From contig JBAZJP010000005.1 in the NCBI GenBank assembly GCA_041651255.1, forward strand, positions 24,405-88,404: a stretch of DNA of 64,000 bases, given 5' to 3'. Below are positions 10,418 through 19,815 of the stretch, piece after piece. Source of the stretch: Sulfuriferula sp. (GTDB lineage Bacteria; Pseudomonadota; Gammaproteobacteria; Burkholderiales; Sulfuriferulaceae). The position numbers and the translations under genes are program-made. The notes under the pieces were generated by a model. That model did not search any database. It had not been told where the DNA came from and was given only the letters and a program-made list of their open reading frames with translations. How positions within the stretch are numbered: position 1 is the stretch's first letter; each line of letters opens with the position of its first letter.

Positions 10418-11215
10418 TCAAGCGGATGTGAAAGCCCATGAATTTATAGGCAGATTTTTTATTCTCGCTAAAAAATCCACAAATGGTAATCCTAAATTAG
10501 TTTCTAATTCTTGCGCACGTTCGGCAAAATTTCGGTGTTCAGGTTGTTCTCTAAAGGCAAATACGAGGTAATTGCCTGGCTTTCTGACGGGTAGGCAAAG
10601 TATGCGTTGATTAAAGATAGATGACAGGCGACTTAAATAGATTTCGAAGTCTGGATGTTCACTCCATAAATTGACGCACAAGACACCTGATGGTGCTAAT
10701 GCATCGGCGCATTGTTGATAAAACGCCAGGCTCGCTAATATTTCAATCTGAAAAGTAGTATCGAAAGCGTCCAATATAATGCAGTCTACATTTGTTTGTT
10801 GCGGAATATACTCGGCAGCATCTGCTTGCACTATGTTCAAGCGCTGGATGTTTTCTGGCAAGAAAAAATAATGTTGTGCGACATCAATAATCACAGGATT
10901 GATTTCAATCACGGTAGTGACTGTGGCTGGGAAGTGCTGGTATAAAAATTTAACCAGAGAACCACCCCCTAGCCCTGCCACTAAGCAATGTTTGGGGGCG
11001 TCATGGAATAGTAGAAAAGCGAACATGGCTTGGGAATAGGGCAGTGCTAATTCATTGGGCGCAGCCATATTCATCGCTGATTGCACATAGTCATTATCTA
11101 AATGTAAACAGCGTATATGCCCGATATCATTTTGCTCGCTTACCTTCACTAGACCAAATTCAGAATTTGCTTCGTAGATAATTTTGCGGCTGGGAAAAAG
11201 AGATAAGTCTGGCAT
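10418..11215 (-). CDS. Spermidine synthase-like class I SAM-binding protein
   Basis: QSAMN, GLGGGSL SAM motif, VIEINP, IILDAFD. Confidence 0.75.
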   Translation of the reverse strand: MPDLSLFPSRKIIYEANSEFGLVKVSEQNDIGHIRCLHLDNDYVQSAMNMAAPNELALPYSQAMFAFLLFHDAPKHCLVAGLGGGSLVKFLYQHFPATVTTVIEINPVIIDVAQHYFFLPENIQRLNIVQADAAEYIPQQTNVDCIILDAFDTTFQIEILASLAFYQQCADALAPSGVLCVNLWSEHPDFEIYLSRLSSIFNQRILCLPVRKPGNYLVFAFREQPEHRNFAERAQELETNLGLPFVDFLARIKNLPINSWAFTSA

Positions 11216-11359
11216 TTTCAGTATTCGTTAAATTTAAATTGGAAGTTGTGCTATGAATAGAGTTAATGTTGAATTACTCGGCAAAGTTATAGGGATATTA
11301 CTAATAATCTGCCTTCCTCGTGTGCGCGAGAATGGCAGGTTATCAGTCATACACAAATA

Positions 11360-12550
11360 TCAGAATTTAATCGTACCCACATTCACAATCGGATAAACCA
11401 CTGAAACCACAATATTCAGGAATTTCTGCAAGTCAGCACTTGGTGCGTTGGATACATACAGCACATCTTTATTATCAATCGGGAAACTTTGCGCAATAAA
11501 GAAGCTGGCAGGGTCTTTGAGATTTAGCTGATAAACCACAGGGACTTTGCCATCAGGTGTGGTTTTAGGTGTGGTTTTCCAGTTTAGCGCGTTGCTATCT
11601 TCCAAACGGAAAATAAACACTGCGCGTGCATCTGAGCGAGTATCTTGTAACCCCCCGGCTCGCGCCAATGCCTGAGCCAGCGAGATACCTTGTGCTTCAA
11701 AATTGATTTCTTCGTTTTTACCCGTCGCGCCTAACACCGTAAAACTTAATGGTTGGAACAGTGCCGTCACTACATCACCAGGTTGTAAAACAATATTTTG
11801 TTTTGGGTCGCGAATAATGGTATCCAGAGGTAAGGCTTGGACTTTATAACCGCGTGTGACTTGTAACGTCATTTTATTTACTGATTGGCGCACCCCACCA
11901 GCAGCAGCCAGCGCATCGAGCAAACGCTCACCACGGGCAGTGAGCGGCATGCGTGTGCTCGAACCTACTTCACCTACCACGGTGACATTGGCTGTGTTAT
12001 TGCGGATTATGCGTACCAGAACTTGTGGTTGATTTGCCTTGCTTTTTAGTCGTTGCGCAATTTCAGCTTCAATTTGTTGTGGGGTTTTATTTGCAGATGC
12101 AATCTGTCCCGCAAAGGGGATGTTAATTGTGCCCTGGCTGCTCACCATTTGCTCAGGGAAAGTTGTTACTCGCGTCGTTGCAGGTCCCATGCGCGGGTCT
12201 ATGGTTGTGCCACCGAAGAGTAATGCAGGTGGCGCCTCCCAAATAGACACCTCGATCACATCGCCTGCACCAATCACATAACCTTGTTTTGCTGAACTAG
12301 AAAATGCTTCTGAAAATAGCGCCTTTTTTTGATCAGTGAGCAATTTTCGGGCAACTGTGTCATCTATATCAACGACTTGTATACCCTCAATGCGCTGACT
12401 GTCGCCGCTTTCTAAAACTTGTTGGCGGCTAGGGCCTGACGAAGCCAACCAGTCAGGATAAGTAGCACAGCCGCTTAGGGCAGAGCTGATGAGCAGTGAG
12501 GTGAATAATGTTCGAGCGTAGGGGAAGCTAAATGCGGGAGTCGGTTTCAA
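11360..12550 (-). CDS. wcbC: Outer-membrane polysaccharide export lipoprotein (WcbC/Wza/BexD family)
   Basis: Lipobox LSGC, YVIGAGDVIEVSIWEAPP, IPFAGQI, SLBB repeats (LLDALAAAGG, LAQALARAGGL), D-LYVSNAP C-terminus. TTG start. Confidence 0.9.
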   Translation of the reverse strand: MKPTPAFSFPYARTLFTSLLISSALSGCATYPDWLASSGPSRQQVLESGDSQRIEGIQVVDIDDTVARKLLTDQKKALFSEAFSSSAKQGYVIGAGDVIEVSIWEAPPALLFGGTTIDPRMGPATTRVTTFPEQMVSSQGTINIPFAGQIASANKTPQQIEAEIAQRLKSKANQPQVLVRIIRNNTANVTVVGEVGSSTRMPLTARGERLLDALAAAGGVRQSVNKMTLQVTRGYKVQALPLDTIIRDPKQNIVLQPGDVVTALFQPLSFTVLGATGKNEEINFEAQGISLAQALARAGGLQDTRSDARAVFIFRLEDSNALNWKTTPKTTPDGKVPVVYQLNLKDPASFFIAQSFPIDNKDVLYVSNAPSADLQKFLNIVVSVVYPIVNVGTIKF

Positions 12551-12644
12551 TGGCGTCAGTCCAAGTCAGGGGTCGCTAAGTAATGATAAAAGTATAGTTG
12601 CGTAATGTTTCAAAAGTGCACAGTCCTATTTGCTAATTATAGCC

Positions 12645-14537
12645 TTATTTAATCTCCAAACAGTGCGCATCATCATGGTTCCATTGTCGATACCAATGGT
12701 CGTCCAGTATTACATCTAGTAGATTTTGCGTGCTTTGTTTCCATGTGAGCCAAGGCATGGCATTTGATTGAGGTGCTTTACCAGCTTTATCAAGTGCAAG
12801 CCAGTTCTGGATGGCGTCGGCCAACTCGGTAGCCTCCAGACCCGAAAAGTAGTATCCATGCGTACCTGCAACTTCACGGAACACGGGAATGTCACGGGCA
12901 ATAATAGGCAGTTTATGTTGTGCTGCTTCGATCAGCGGCAAGCCAAATCCCTCACCTTCTGAAGCGGCGATCAGGCAAGTGGAAGCTGCATAAATTTTTT
13001 CAAGGTATTCGTCACTTATACCTTCCAGCCAGAATAATCGATGATTACGTTCTGCATGGTTGCGTAGCCGTTTTACCAACAAATCAACATCCCAACCATG
13101 ATTACCCACAATCACTAGATTAATATCAATCCCTTTGCTCCACAGATGCTCAAAAGCATTGAGAGTTTGCATCTGTCCTTTGCGTGGCTCAACCGTACCC
13201 ACTGACAAGAATGTAGGTCGCGCAGCAAGTGAGTTCATCACTTGTTCTGCATCGGCGGGTAGACCCTTTGTTGGTTTAGAAGATGTAATATCAGCACCTA
13301 AATGGAACCAACCAAGTTTGAATTGCTCCAGACTTTTTGGAGTATATGCTTTTAGCCAATTCTCCATTTCCTCAGCCACTGCTCGCGAAATACATATAGC
13401 GCCATCTGTTTGCACGAGAACTTCTAACCATTTAGCATGTAAATCTGTTATTTCATCTTCAAATGCCTGCGGACGTAAAACAGGCAATAAGTCATAGATT
13501 GCAAAGTACACATGTGCACCAACCTGCTTAAGGTGATTATAAAAAGCAACCTGGCTTAAGACTACTTGTGGTTGTAAATCGAGTCCAAAAAATATGTCTC
13601 CAGGAGATACTGCTATAAGGTCATCGCTAAGTGAGTTATCTGGACATCCTAAAAATCGTAAAGTGAATTGCCGCGCATAGCGATATCCTGGCCTATCTGG
13701 TAAGGCATATACTGGCTCAACATGAAATCCATCGGGTGGGTTAGTTAAAAGTTCTTGTAAAATGCTACGTACTACACGTTGAATACCACTTTTTGAATCG
13801 TGTTGAACAAGCTTAGAAATGTCTACTAGCAGCTGTTTTGTGTGTGTCGTTGCATCGTTAACTTTATATGCTGATGGCAGCGTAATGGAAGTAATATTAT
13901 CAACCAACCATGCCGTAATAGGGTGATCATGCAGGGTATAGTGTTGTTCAAAGGTGGTGATTGCAATCGTTGCCCGGACATCCCATAGCAGTGTACTGGC
14001 TTGCGCCAAATCTGGATTGCTGTGTAATTGATCTTTGTTAGCACCAGTCTTCGATATACACACTACCCGCTCGGCAGGCACATTGAGCTGATTAATGACT
14101 GCTTGTCGTCCTGGTTCTGTAACGGCAAAAAATAAATCAGATTGCTGTAACGAGTTATTATTTAAGCCCTGGTGATGAATTGGAGTATCCCTAAAATCAT
14201 CTGGAAAACTTGTCATAAGTACGATATCTGGGCGCAAGCTTGCTAAAAAATTTTCGCGTATCAGTTTGGCTGCACGGCTGAGCCAGACATTATCAGTGTT
14301 GAATGGAGTAACCAAATCGCTGGTGTTCCAGACGCGGATATTTTCTTGGGGTAATAATCGCTTCAGAGCAGCACGAACCGGCTCGACAGTGTCAGAGAGT
14401 ATGTTATTAACGGCAATAATCACCTCATGCTTGCCGCAATTGCGTAGCATGGCCTGTGCGAATGCAAGGCTGGCTGGCTCTATCCCGTGCGTGCTATTCG
14501 TACCCTGTACTCTTGGTAAATCAATCACAATACGCAT
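12645..14537 (-). CDS. GT4 glycosyltransferase, WbdA-like: internally deleted N-terminal GT4 remnant plus intact C-terminal GT4 domain
   Basis: C-half has SGIQRVV, VGTVEPRKG, EGFGLPLIEA. N-half aligns by eye to 15793..17262 but lacks its EGFGLP lobe. Confidence 0.8.
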   Translation of the reverse strand: MRIVIDLPRVQGTNSTHGIEPASLAFAQAMLRNCGKHEVIIAVNNILSDTVEPVRAALKRLLPQENIRVWNTSDLVTPFNTDNVWLSRAAKLIRENFLASLRPDIVLMTSFPDDFRDTPIHHQGLNNNSLQQSDLFFAVTEPGRQAVINQLNVPAERVVCISKTGANKDQLHSNPDLAQASTLLWDVRATIAITTFEQHYTLHDHPITAWLVDNITSITLPSAYKVNDATTHTKQLLVDISKLVQHDSKSGIQRVVRSILQELLTNPPDGFHVEPVYALPDRPGYRYARQFTLRFLGCPDNSLSDDLIAVSPGDIFFGLDLQPQVVLSQVAFYNHLKQVGAHVYFAIYDLLPVLRPQAFEDEITDLHAKWLEVLVQTDGAICISRAVAEEMENWLKAYTPKSLEQFKLGWFHLGADITSSKPTKGLPADAEQVMNSLAARPTFLSVGTVEPRKGQMQTLNAFEHLWSKGIDINLVIVGNHGWDVDLLVKRLRNHAERNHRLFWLEGISDEYLEKIYAASTCLIAASEGEGFGLPLIEAAQHKLPIIARDIPVFREVAGTHGYYFSGLEATELADAIQNWLALDKAGKAPQSNAMPWLTWKQSTQNLLDVILDDHWYRQWNHDDAHCLEIK

Positions 14538-14838
14538 TACACTATTATCCCCGTGGCCTGATTACTGCATTTTAAGTTGAATGTGAAGTTGAATATAAAA
14601 ATCTGCAATTGGGCGGTAATCCCAGTGCAGCAACATTGTTAGCTAATAAAAAGATAAGCGGCCAATGTTGGATTCCCGGTGTGATAGCAATATTTATATG
14701 AGGCCTTTACACGATGTGGCGAGCGCTGTTCAAGTGAGGCGAAAAACAGTGAAAAAGCGGAATGTACAAATAGTACATGAGCATTTTGAGTTGATTTTCA
14801 ACGAAATATTAACAAGCACGAAGACTTACCTGATAGCC

Positions 14839-15366
14839 TTACTTTGTAATATCAGAAAATTCAGATGAAAAATCATCACTGATTGGTTTTATATGGAGTT
14901 GTTCATCACAATGTAAATTAAAAGCATGTGCAACGCCATACAGTACGCCGATTAGCTCATGCAAACTATTGAAGTGGTCTGCTATTTCCATATAATCAAT
15001 TTCATAATCATGCGCTGCTAAATTACTGGCTGTTCTAAGCAATTGCCAAGAATCTATCGAATCGACTACCGCATGCTTCTCATAGTAAGCAAGTACTTTC
15101 AAGAAAGAGTCTGCTGGTTCTCCTAATAAAAGTAGTGCGTGCCGCATAGCGGAAGCTAGCGTATCCTGCAGCTTGGAGAAACGTTCATTGAAAGCAGATA
15201 AAGCTTCAAATAAAGTTTCGTCTTTTTTGCGTTGCTGCAAGACATCCCCATCCAATGGCCATGGTAATTTACGTGAAGCAGCATCCAGAAAATATACACA
15301 ACGCTGTACTGCTTCAAGTAAATTAGCTAAATGTGTTTTTTCAGCCAGTAGTAAATCTGTTTTCAT
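14839..15366 (-). CDS. HEPN-domain protein (HepT-like toxin / nucleotidyltransferase substrate-binding family)
   Basis: RFSKLQD, YEK, and W-x2-LR-x2-SN-x3-HDY at the RxxxxH position. Overlaps the upstream MNT gene by ATGA. Confidence 0.75.
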   Translation of the reverse strand: MKTDLLLAEKTHLANLLEAVQRCVYFLDAASRKLPWPLDGDVLQQRKKDETLFEALSAFNERFSKLQDTLASAMRHALLLLGEPADSFLKVLAYYEKHAVVDSIDSWQLLRTASNLAAHDYEIDYMEIADHFNSLHELIGVLYGVAHAFNLHCDEQLHIKPISDDFSSEFSDITK

Positions 15367-15653
15367 AGCAAGACGCCTCGCATATATGCAATTTCCTGGA
15401 ATGGGGTGCGGGGTGAGGTTAGCGCGGTCGAGATAATGTCTACAGGTATCCCGAGATGCTTCTCCAGCGACAGTTTGATACGAGCTCGCTGCAATAATGA
15501 AAGTTTCGTTTTGCTTTCAATGAGTAAATCTAGATCGCCTCCTCGAGCTGCATCTTGAAGACGTGACCCATAGACATAAACACGCACGGTTCCATCAGTC
15601 TCTGCTGCGACCGTTTCGCGTATCAAAATTTGTTGTTTTAGGCTTAAACGCAT
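15363..15653 (-). CDS. Minimal nucleotidyltransferase (MntA-like antitoxin)
   Basis: 96 aa; YGSR-x6-GGDLDL (GS...DxD) and PVDI motifs. Confidence 0.85.
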   Translation of the reverse strand: MRLSLKQQILIRETVAAETDGTVRVYVYGSRLQDAARGGDLDLLIESKTKLSLLQRARIKLSLEKHLGIPVDIISTALTSPRTPFQEIAYMRGVLL

Positions 15654-15792
15654 AAAACGAATTTAATATAGCAAGGATTGATGCTGACAGAGTAGGTGAT
15701 GTCAGTAAGTAAATGCATGCGAGATGCTCCAGAACGAACCCGTTATAGAATTATATGATTTTACTGCAATGTAGCTGAATCTGTTACATAAA

Positions 15793-17262
15793 TTACCAGC
15801 GCTTGATGTAACCAGAAATGCTATCAAACGCATTTGATAACATACTGAATTTCACTGATTTTCTTAACTTATTCAAAATGTCTTGTTGTGAGTCTGCATC
15901 GGGGAAGTTGTTGTGAATGGCGAGAGCCAAATCGCTTAGTGCTTTGCTGTTGAGTGGTTTGATTGGCAGTGCAGCTATGGCGGCAATAATTGATTTGATG
16001 AGTGCTGATTGTGTTGTTTCTGACTGTGTGACTGAGCCTTTGTGTTCTTCGTGTAACTGTTCTAGCGCCGCGATGGCTTTATTGGCCGTAGCATGCCAGG
16101 AAAATGTTTTGCAGTGCGTTTCCCCGTGCACAATCAGGCGTTGTCTGTACGCCTGGTCTGTTAATGCCTGCTCTAGTTTCGCAGTGATGGCTGTCGTATC
16201 TAATGGATCAAACAGTGCTTCGGGATTGCCAATGACCTCAGGGACGCTGGATGCATTCGATCCAATTACAACTGCGCCACACGCCATGGCCTCTAATGCA
16301 GGCAGGCCAAAACCTTCATGCCAGCTGGGGAAAATAAAACATTGACACAGGTTGTAAAGATTTACCATGGTTTCATCATCGATGTGCCCAATAATAAGCA
16401 TTTCGTTGGCCGCCAGGCCCACGGCTTGAGCATGCTTTTTAAAGGTCTCAATATGATCTGGCGGCATCATGCCAGCAATGATGAGTTGATGGGTATTTCG
16501 AATATTGATAGGGAGATTCGCATATGCATCAATTAGGCGAATGTGGTTTTTTCGTGGATCAGATGCGCCGCTATAAAATACAAATGGTCGAGTGATATGC
16601 CAGCGCTCATGGAGTGTATTTCTTACATCTACTGGAATAGTTCTCTTATAAAATACCTCATCACAAGCTGCCGATATATTGACAATCCGCTCTGCTGGAA
16701 ATTGCAGGTGGTTGATCGCTTCTTGTCTGGAAGACTCTGAAATGGCAAGGCACATATCTGTTTTAGACAGGTAGGTTAGCTTCTCGTCGTACCATTGTTG
16801 AAGCACGGTATTTGCCAGGTAGTCTGCCTGATTTAAAAAAGGAATTAAGTCGTAGAGTATGACTGCAGTGGGGGGGGTGTCAGTGAATTTGTCAATGCTG
16901 GTAACAACATCATCACCAGCGCCCTCAAACAGGCTGCTGATTAACACGACATCAGGATTTAAGTTGAGTAGAAATGCCTCTCTTAATATTTCGGCAGCCT
17001 GTCTGCGCCAGTCGTTTTTCTTATTGCAATGGCTGACTGATTTCGGAGATGCCCAAATGCGAATATTTTCTTTTGGCAATAAACCTTCAAACATCGAATA
17101 TATCGGGGCGATGCTGTCAGGAAACGCGCCGTTAAGGGCAATAATTATTTCGTGATTAGCGTTGTTTTGGAGGATGCTTTTGGTTAACGCGGCTGTGTAG
17201 CGGCCTATCCCTCTGAACCGGCTGCTATTCTGCGCACCTTGAAGGTCGATTACTATGCGCAT
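15793..17262 (-). CDS. GT4 glycosyltransferase resembling the N-terminal domain of WbdA/MtfA-type polymerases
   Basis: MRIVIDLQGAQNSSRFRGIGRY, YDLIP, DPRKN, HEGFGLPALEAMACG, FSW. Ends shortly after a linker-like helical segment. Confidence 0.85.
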   Translation of the reverse strand: MRIVIDLQGAQNSSRFRGIGRYTAALTKSILQNNANHEIIIALNGAFPDSIAPIYSMFEGLLPKENIRIWASPKSVSHCNKKNDWRRQAAEILREAFLLNLNPDVVLISSLFEGAGDDVVTSIDKFTDTPPTAVILYDLIPFLNQADYLANTVLQQWYDEKLTYLSKTDMCLAISESSRQEAINHLQFPAERIVNISAACDEVFYKRTIPVDVRNTLHERWHITRPFVFYSGASDPRKNHIRLIDAYANLPINIRNTHQLIIAGMMPPDHIETFKKHAQAVGLAANEMLIIGHIDDETMVNLYNLCQCFIFPSWHEGFGLPALEAMACGAVVIGSNASSVPEVIGNPEALFDPLDTTAITAKLEQALTDQAYRQRLIVHGETHCKTFSWHATANKAIAALEQLHEEHKGSVTQSETTQSALIKSIIAAIAALPIKPLNSKALSDLALAIHNNFPDADSQQDILNKLRKSVKFSMLSNAFDSISGYIKRW

Positions 17263-17349
17263 GGATTAGCATAGGTGCAAATCAAGATAGTTGTCATCCG
17301 AGTTGTGCAACTTAACAGCATTTGTGCGCACCAACTAACAAAATCAACT

Positions 17350-18255
17350 TCAAGTCGTGCTCTCCAGCATCCATTGCAACGTATCTCTTAATGGGATGTT
17401 CGGCACATTACCAATAGCTCCATCCAGTTTTCCACGAGAACCAATGAGCCGGTGTACTTCATTGGATCGGACAAAAGCAGGATTCACCCGGATTTCTGGA
17501 TCGTGGTTAGTGAGTTCACGCATTATTGCCAATACCTCAAGCAATGAATACCCATGACCTGAGCACACATTGTAAGCTTCACCCGAAGGCGTAGCCTCCA
17601 GTAACAAACGGTAACTTCTGGCGACTGAACGCACATCGGAAAAATCCCTCACCACATTGAGATTACCCAGTTCCAGTACGGGCAGTCGGCGGTTAAAGTG
17701 ATCAACAATTTTAGGAAGTAAAAAGTCTAACGACTGTCCGGCACCCGTGTAATTGAATGGGCGTGTCAGCGTAATAGGTAAACGATCCAGCCACAAGCGC
17801 GCCATATACTCCATCGCCAGCTTACTTACGGCATAGTCATTGGCGGGTGCGGCGGGAGTGTCTTCCGTGATAGGTTCCACAGTTGCATTGCCATAGATAT
17901 TGGCGCTACTGGCTAATAGTATTGAACTCGGCTTGTGTGTGCTCTTGCTTAGCGCCTCAAGTAAATTGCGCGTGCCGACCAGATTGGTGCGATATATGGT
18001 ATCTACATCCCCGTGCGCGACAAAGGCAATGCCAGCGAGGTGTATGACGTAATTTGCCTGAGATTCCTCCACTATACGTGTTAAACCTGTTTGATCGCTT
18101 AGGTTACAAACTAATGTGGCTGTTATATAAGGGGATGGTTTGGCCGGTGCGCGATGCGTTAGTCCGAATACTTCATAACCCGCATCATGCATTTCTGCTG
18201 CCATATAGTGACCAGTGAAGCCATTGGAACCTGTAATCAAAACGCGTTTTTTCAT
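17350..18255 (-). CDS. rmd: GDP-4-keto-6-deoxy-D-mannose reductase (Rmd-like extended SDR)
   Basis: TGSNGFTG, HLAGIAFV, YAVSK (YxxxK), RPFNYTG, GNL-x-VVRDFSDV. Located next to gmd. Confidence 0.7.
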   Translation of the reverse strand: MKKRVLITGSNGFTGHYMAAEMHDAGYEVFGLTHRAPAKPSPYITATLVCNLSDQTGLTRIVEESQANYVIHLAGIAFVAHGDVDTIYRTNLVGTRNLLEALSKSTHKPSSILLASSANIYGNATVEPITEDTPAAPANDYAVSKLAMEYMARLWLDRLPITLTRPFNYTGAGQSLDFLLPKIVDHFNRRLPVLELGNLNVVRDFSDVRSVARSYRLLLEATPSGEAYNVCSGHGYSLLEVLAIMRELTNHDPEIRVNPAFVRSNEVHRLIGSRGKLDGAIGNVPNIPLRDTLQWMLESTT

Positions 18256-18282
18256 TGGGATATTGTCATTATATTAAACGGG

Positions 18283-19815
18283 TCATGAGATGCGAGGTCG
18301 AATGCAGACAGAATGTACGCTCACATCGACTTCGGCAGTCACCCATATTCGCACAGCTAAATCATTGACGTCTTCAGTAAGATCAAAAGGTAGCGTTATT
18401 GATAACACAGTATTGGTGTCATCAGTTTTAATTTCGCGCCAAGGAATAAATTGACTATCATTAGCCCAAGCAACATCCATTGTTACACCACCATCACAAC
18501 CTATTTCTTGGAAACCATTAACCTTGACCTCATACTGTCCAGCCGTTAATGGGGAATAAGGGCCGAGCAGCAAAAAACCTTCTCGCCCTGTACTCACTAT
18601 TTCGCCATCTCGCCAGCATCCTACTCCTGTTCTAAAGCGTACATCAGCCCCTGTATAACATTGCGCAGCTGATTGATCTGTTATGTCCAATTCTATTATA
18701 TAAGGTGTGAAACCAATTTTATCAAACCAAATGCTATTTCCCTGCACAGGAAGTAACATTAACTGGTACTGCCCCGGCGTATCCGGCGTCACAATACGCA
18801 TTTGTAAGTGAAGTGTGTGTAAATGTGGAATTGTACCAATTGGCAGCGGGGTGCGCTCACCATCAAAGACTACTGGTTCACCTGCTTGATCTAACCAGTG
18901 ATAGGAAAGTTCGATTGGAAGATGAGCATGACTTATCCAAGGTTCTGGAGAAGAGTTGTGAAGTTGTATTGGCAGCATGAATTCAACATTTAAACCCATA
19001 GTATTCAGTATTGCATCTGTCCACAGCGTACCCGCTGCGACTACAACGGCATCTCGGTCATAAGGTACCCATACGGCTACCTCCGGAGTGGCTACGGTCG
19101 GTTTCTGAATCTGCTGTTGTTGCCAGCGTTCGCGCAGGATGCGGTAAAACTCAATATCCAGTGCGTTCAGTTCTTCCAGACGCTGACGTAACAATGGTGA
19201 TAGTTCGTCCACGGCTTGCCGAGCGTGAGTGACGTTGACGGGTTGAAGCCGTTTTGGAGGGGCCAGCCCAATTAACTTAGCAATGTCTGCCAGAAAGACC
19301 GGCATTTCTTCAAACAGGCCCCAGACGTCATATGCTTCAATAGCGCGTAATGCATCGTTTAGCTTTTCTGCATTGTCACGCGGTTTAGAGCTGAATATAC
19401 TGGAAAAGTGTTCTACATACGGATTGTTAATGTGTCCAATTAAATTCGGGACTGACGTCTCTCCATTGGTAATGATGAACTGTTCTGTTTGCACCCATAA
19501 ATCTTGGAGCTCTTGTGCTGTGTGATTGTTTAGTACAAAATAAAGCCATGATACCGCTCGGTCTATTGGTTCACGCAAACAGGTTATGTATTGGTAGCGA
19601 GGATCTAGTCCTTTGCCATTAAAACCGATATGTGCAGAAATTACCGAATACTCACCACCATAACGACTGATCAGATCCTGATGATTTCCAATCAAATTTT
19701 CAGTGACACAACTGCCGCCCAAGGCATTGGTCAGCCAGGCATTAACTGCCTGGCCAGCAGTTTTCGCTAAATGGTCGAAGATGATGCGCCCGTTAAAGGC
19801 GTGTCTCTTAGGCAT
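18283..19815 (-). CDS. Sulfotransferase-fold protein with two C-terminal beta-sandwich modules
   Basis: 5'-PSB-like DHLAKTAG, 3'-PB-like TCLREPIDRAVSW, N-x-LD-x-EFY. C-terminal modules WLD..GERTPLP..PGQY..VQ..WFD and GFLLLGPY..L-x-AGQY. Confidence 0.7.
   Translation of the reverse strand: MPKRHAFNGRIIFDHLAKTAGQAVNAWLTNALGGSCVTENLIGNHQDLISRYGGEYSVISAHIGFNGKGLDPRYQYITCLREPIDRAVSWLYFVLNNHTAQELQDLWVQTEQFIITNGETSVPNLIGHINNPYVEHFSSIFSSKPRDNAEKLNDALRAIEAYDVWGLFEEMPVFLADIAKLIGLAPPKRLQPVNVTHARQAVDELSPLLRQRLEELNALDIEFYRILRERWQQQQIQKPTVATPEVAVWVPYDRDAVVVAAGTLWTDAILNTMGLNVEFMLPIQLHNSSPEPWISHAHLPIELSYHWLDQAGEPVVFDGERTPLPIGTIPHLHTLHLQMRIVTPDTPGQYQLMLLPVQGNSIWFDKIGFTPYIIELDITDQSAAQCYTGADVRFRTGVGCWRDGEIVSTGREGFLLLGPYSPLTAGQYEVKVNGFQEIGCDGGVTMDVAWANDSQFIPWREIKTDDTNTVLSITLPFDLTEDVNDLAVRIWVTAEVDVSVHSVCIRPRIS

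Noticed and set aside
14574-14620. AAGTTGAAT direct repeat and ops-like GGGCGGTAAT
   Set aside because: The ops-like element is imperfect and on the wrong strand for the minus-strand genes, and the 9-bp repeat is weak. I saw no convincing JUMPStart/ops in the locus by eye.
16870-16877. C8 tract in the WbdA-like GT gene as a phase-variation switch
   Set aside because: About one G8/C8 run is expected by chance in 64 kb at this composition; the frame is intact.
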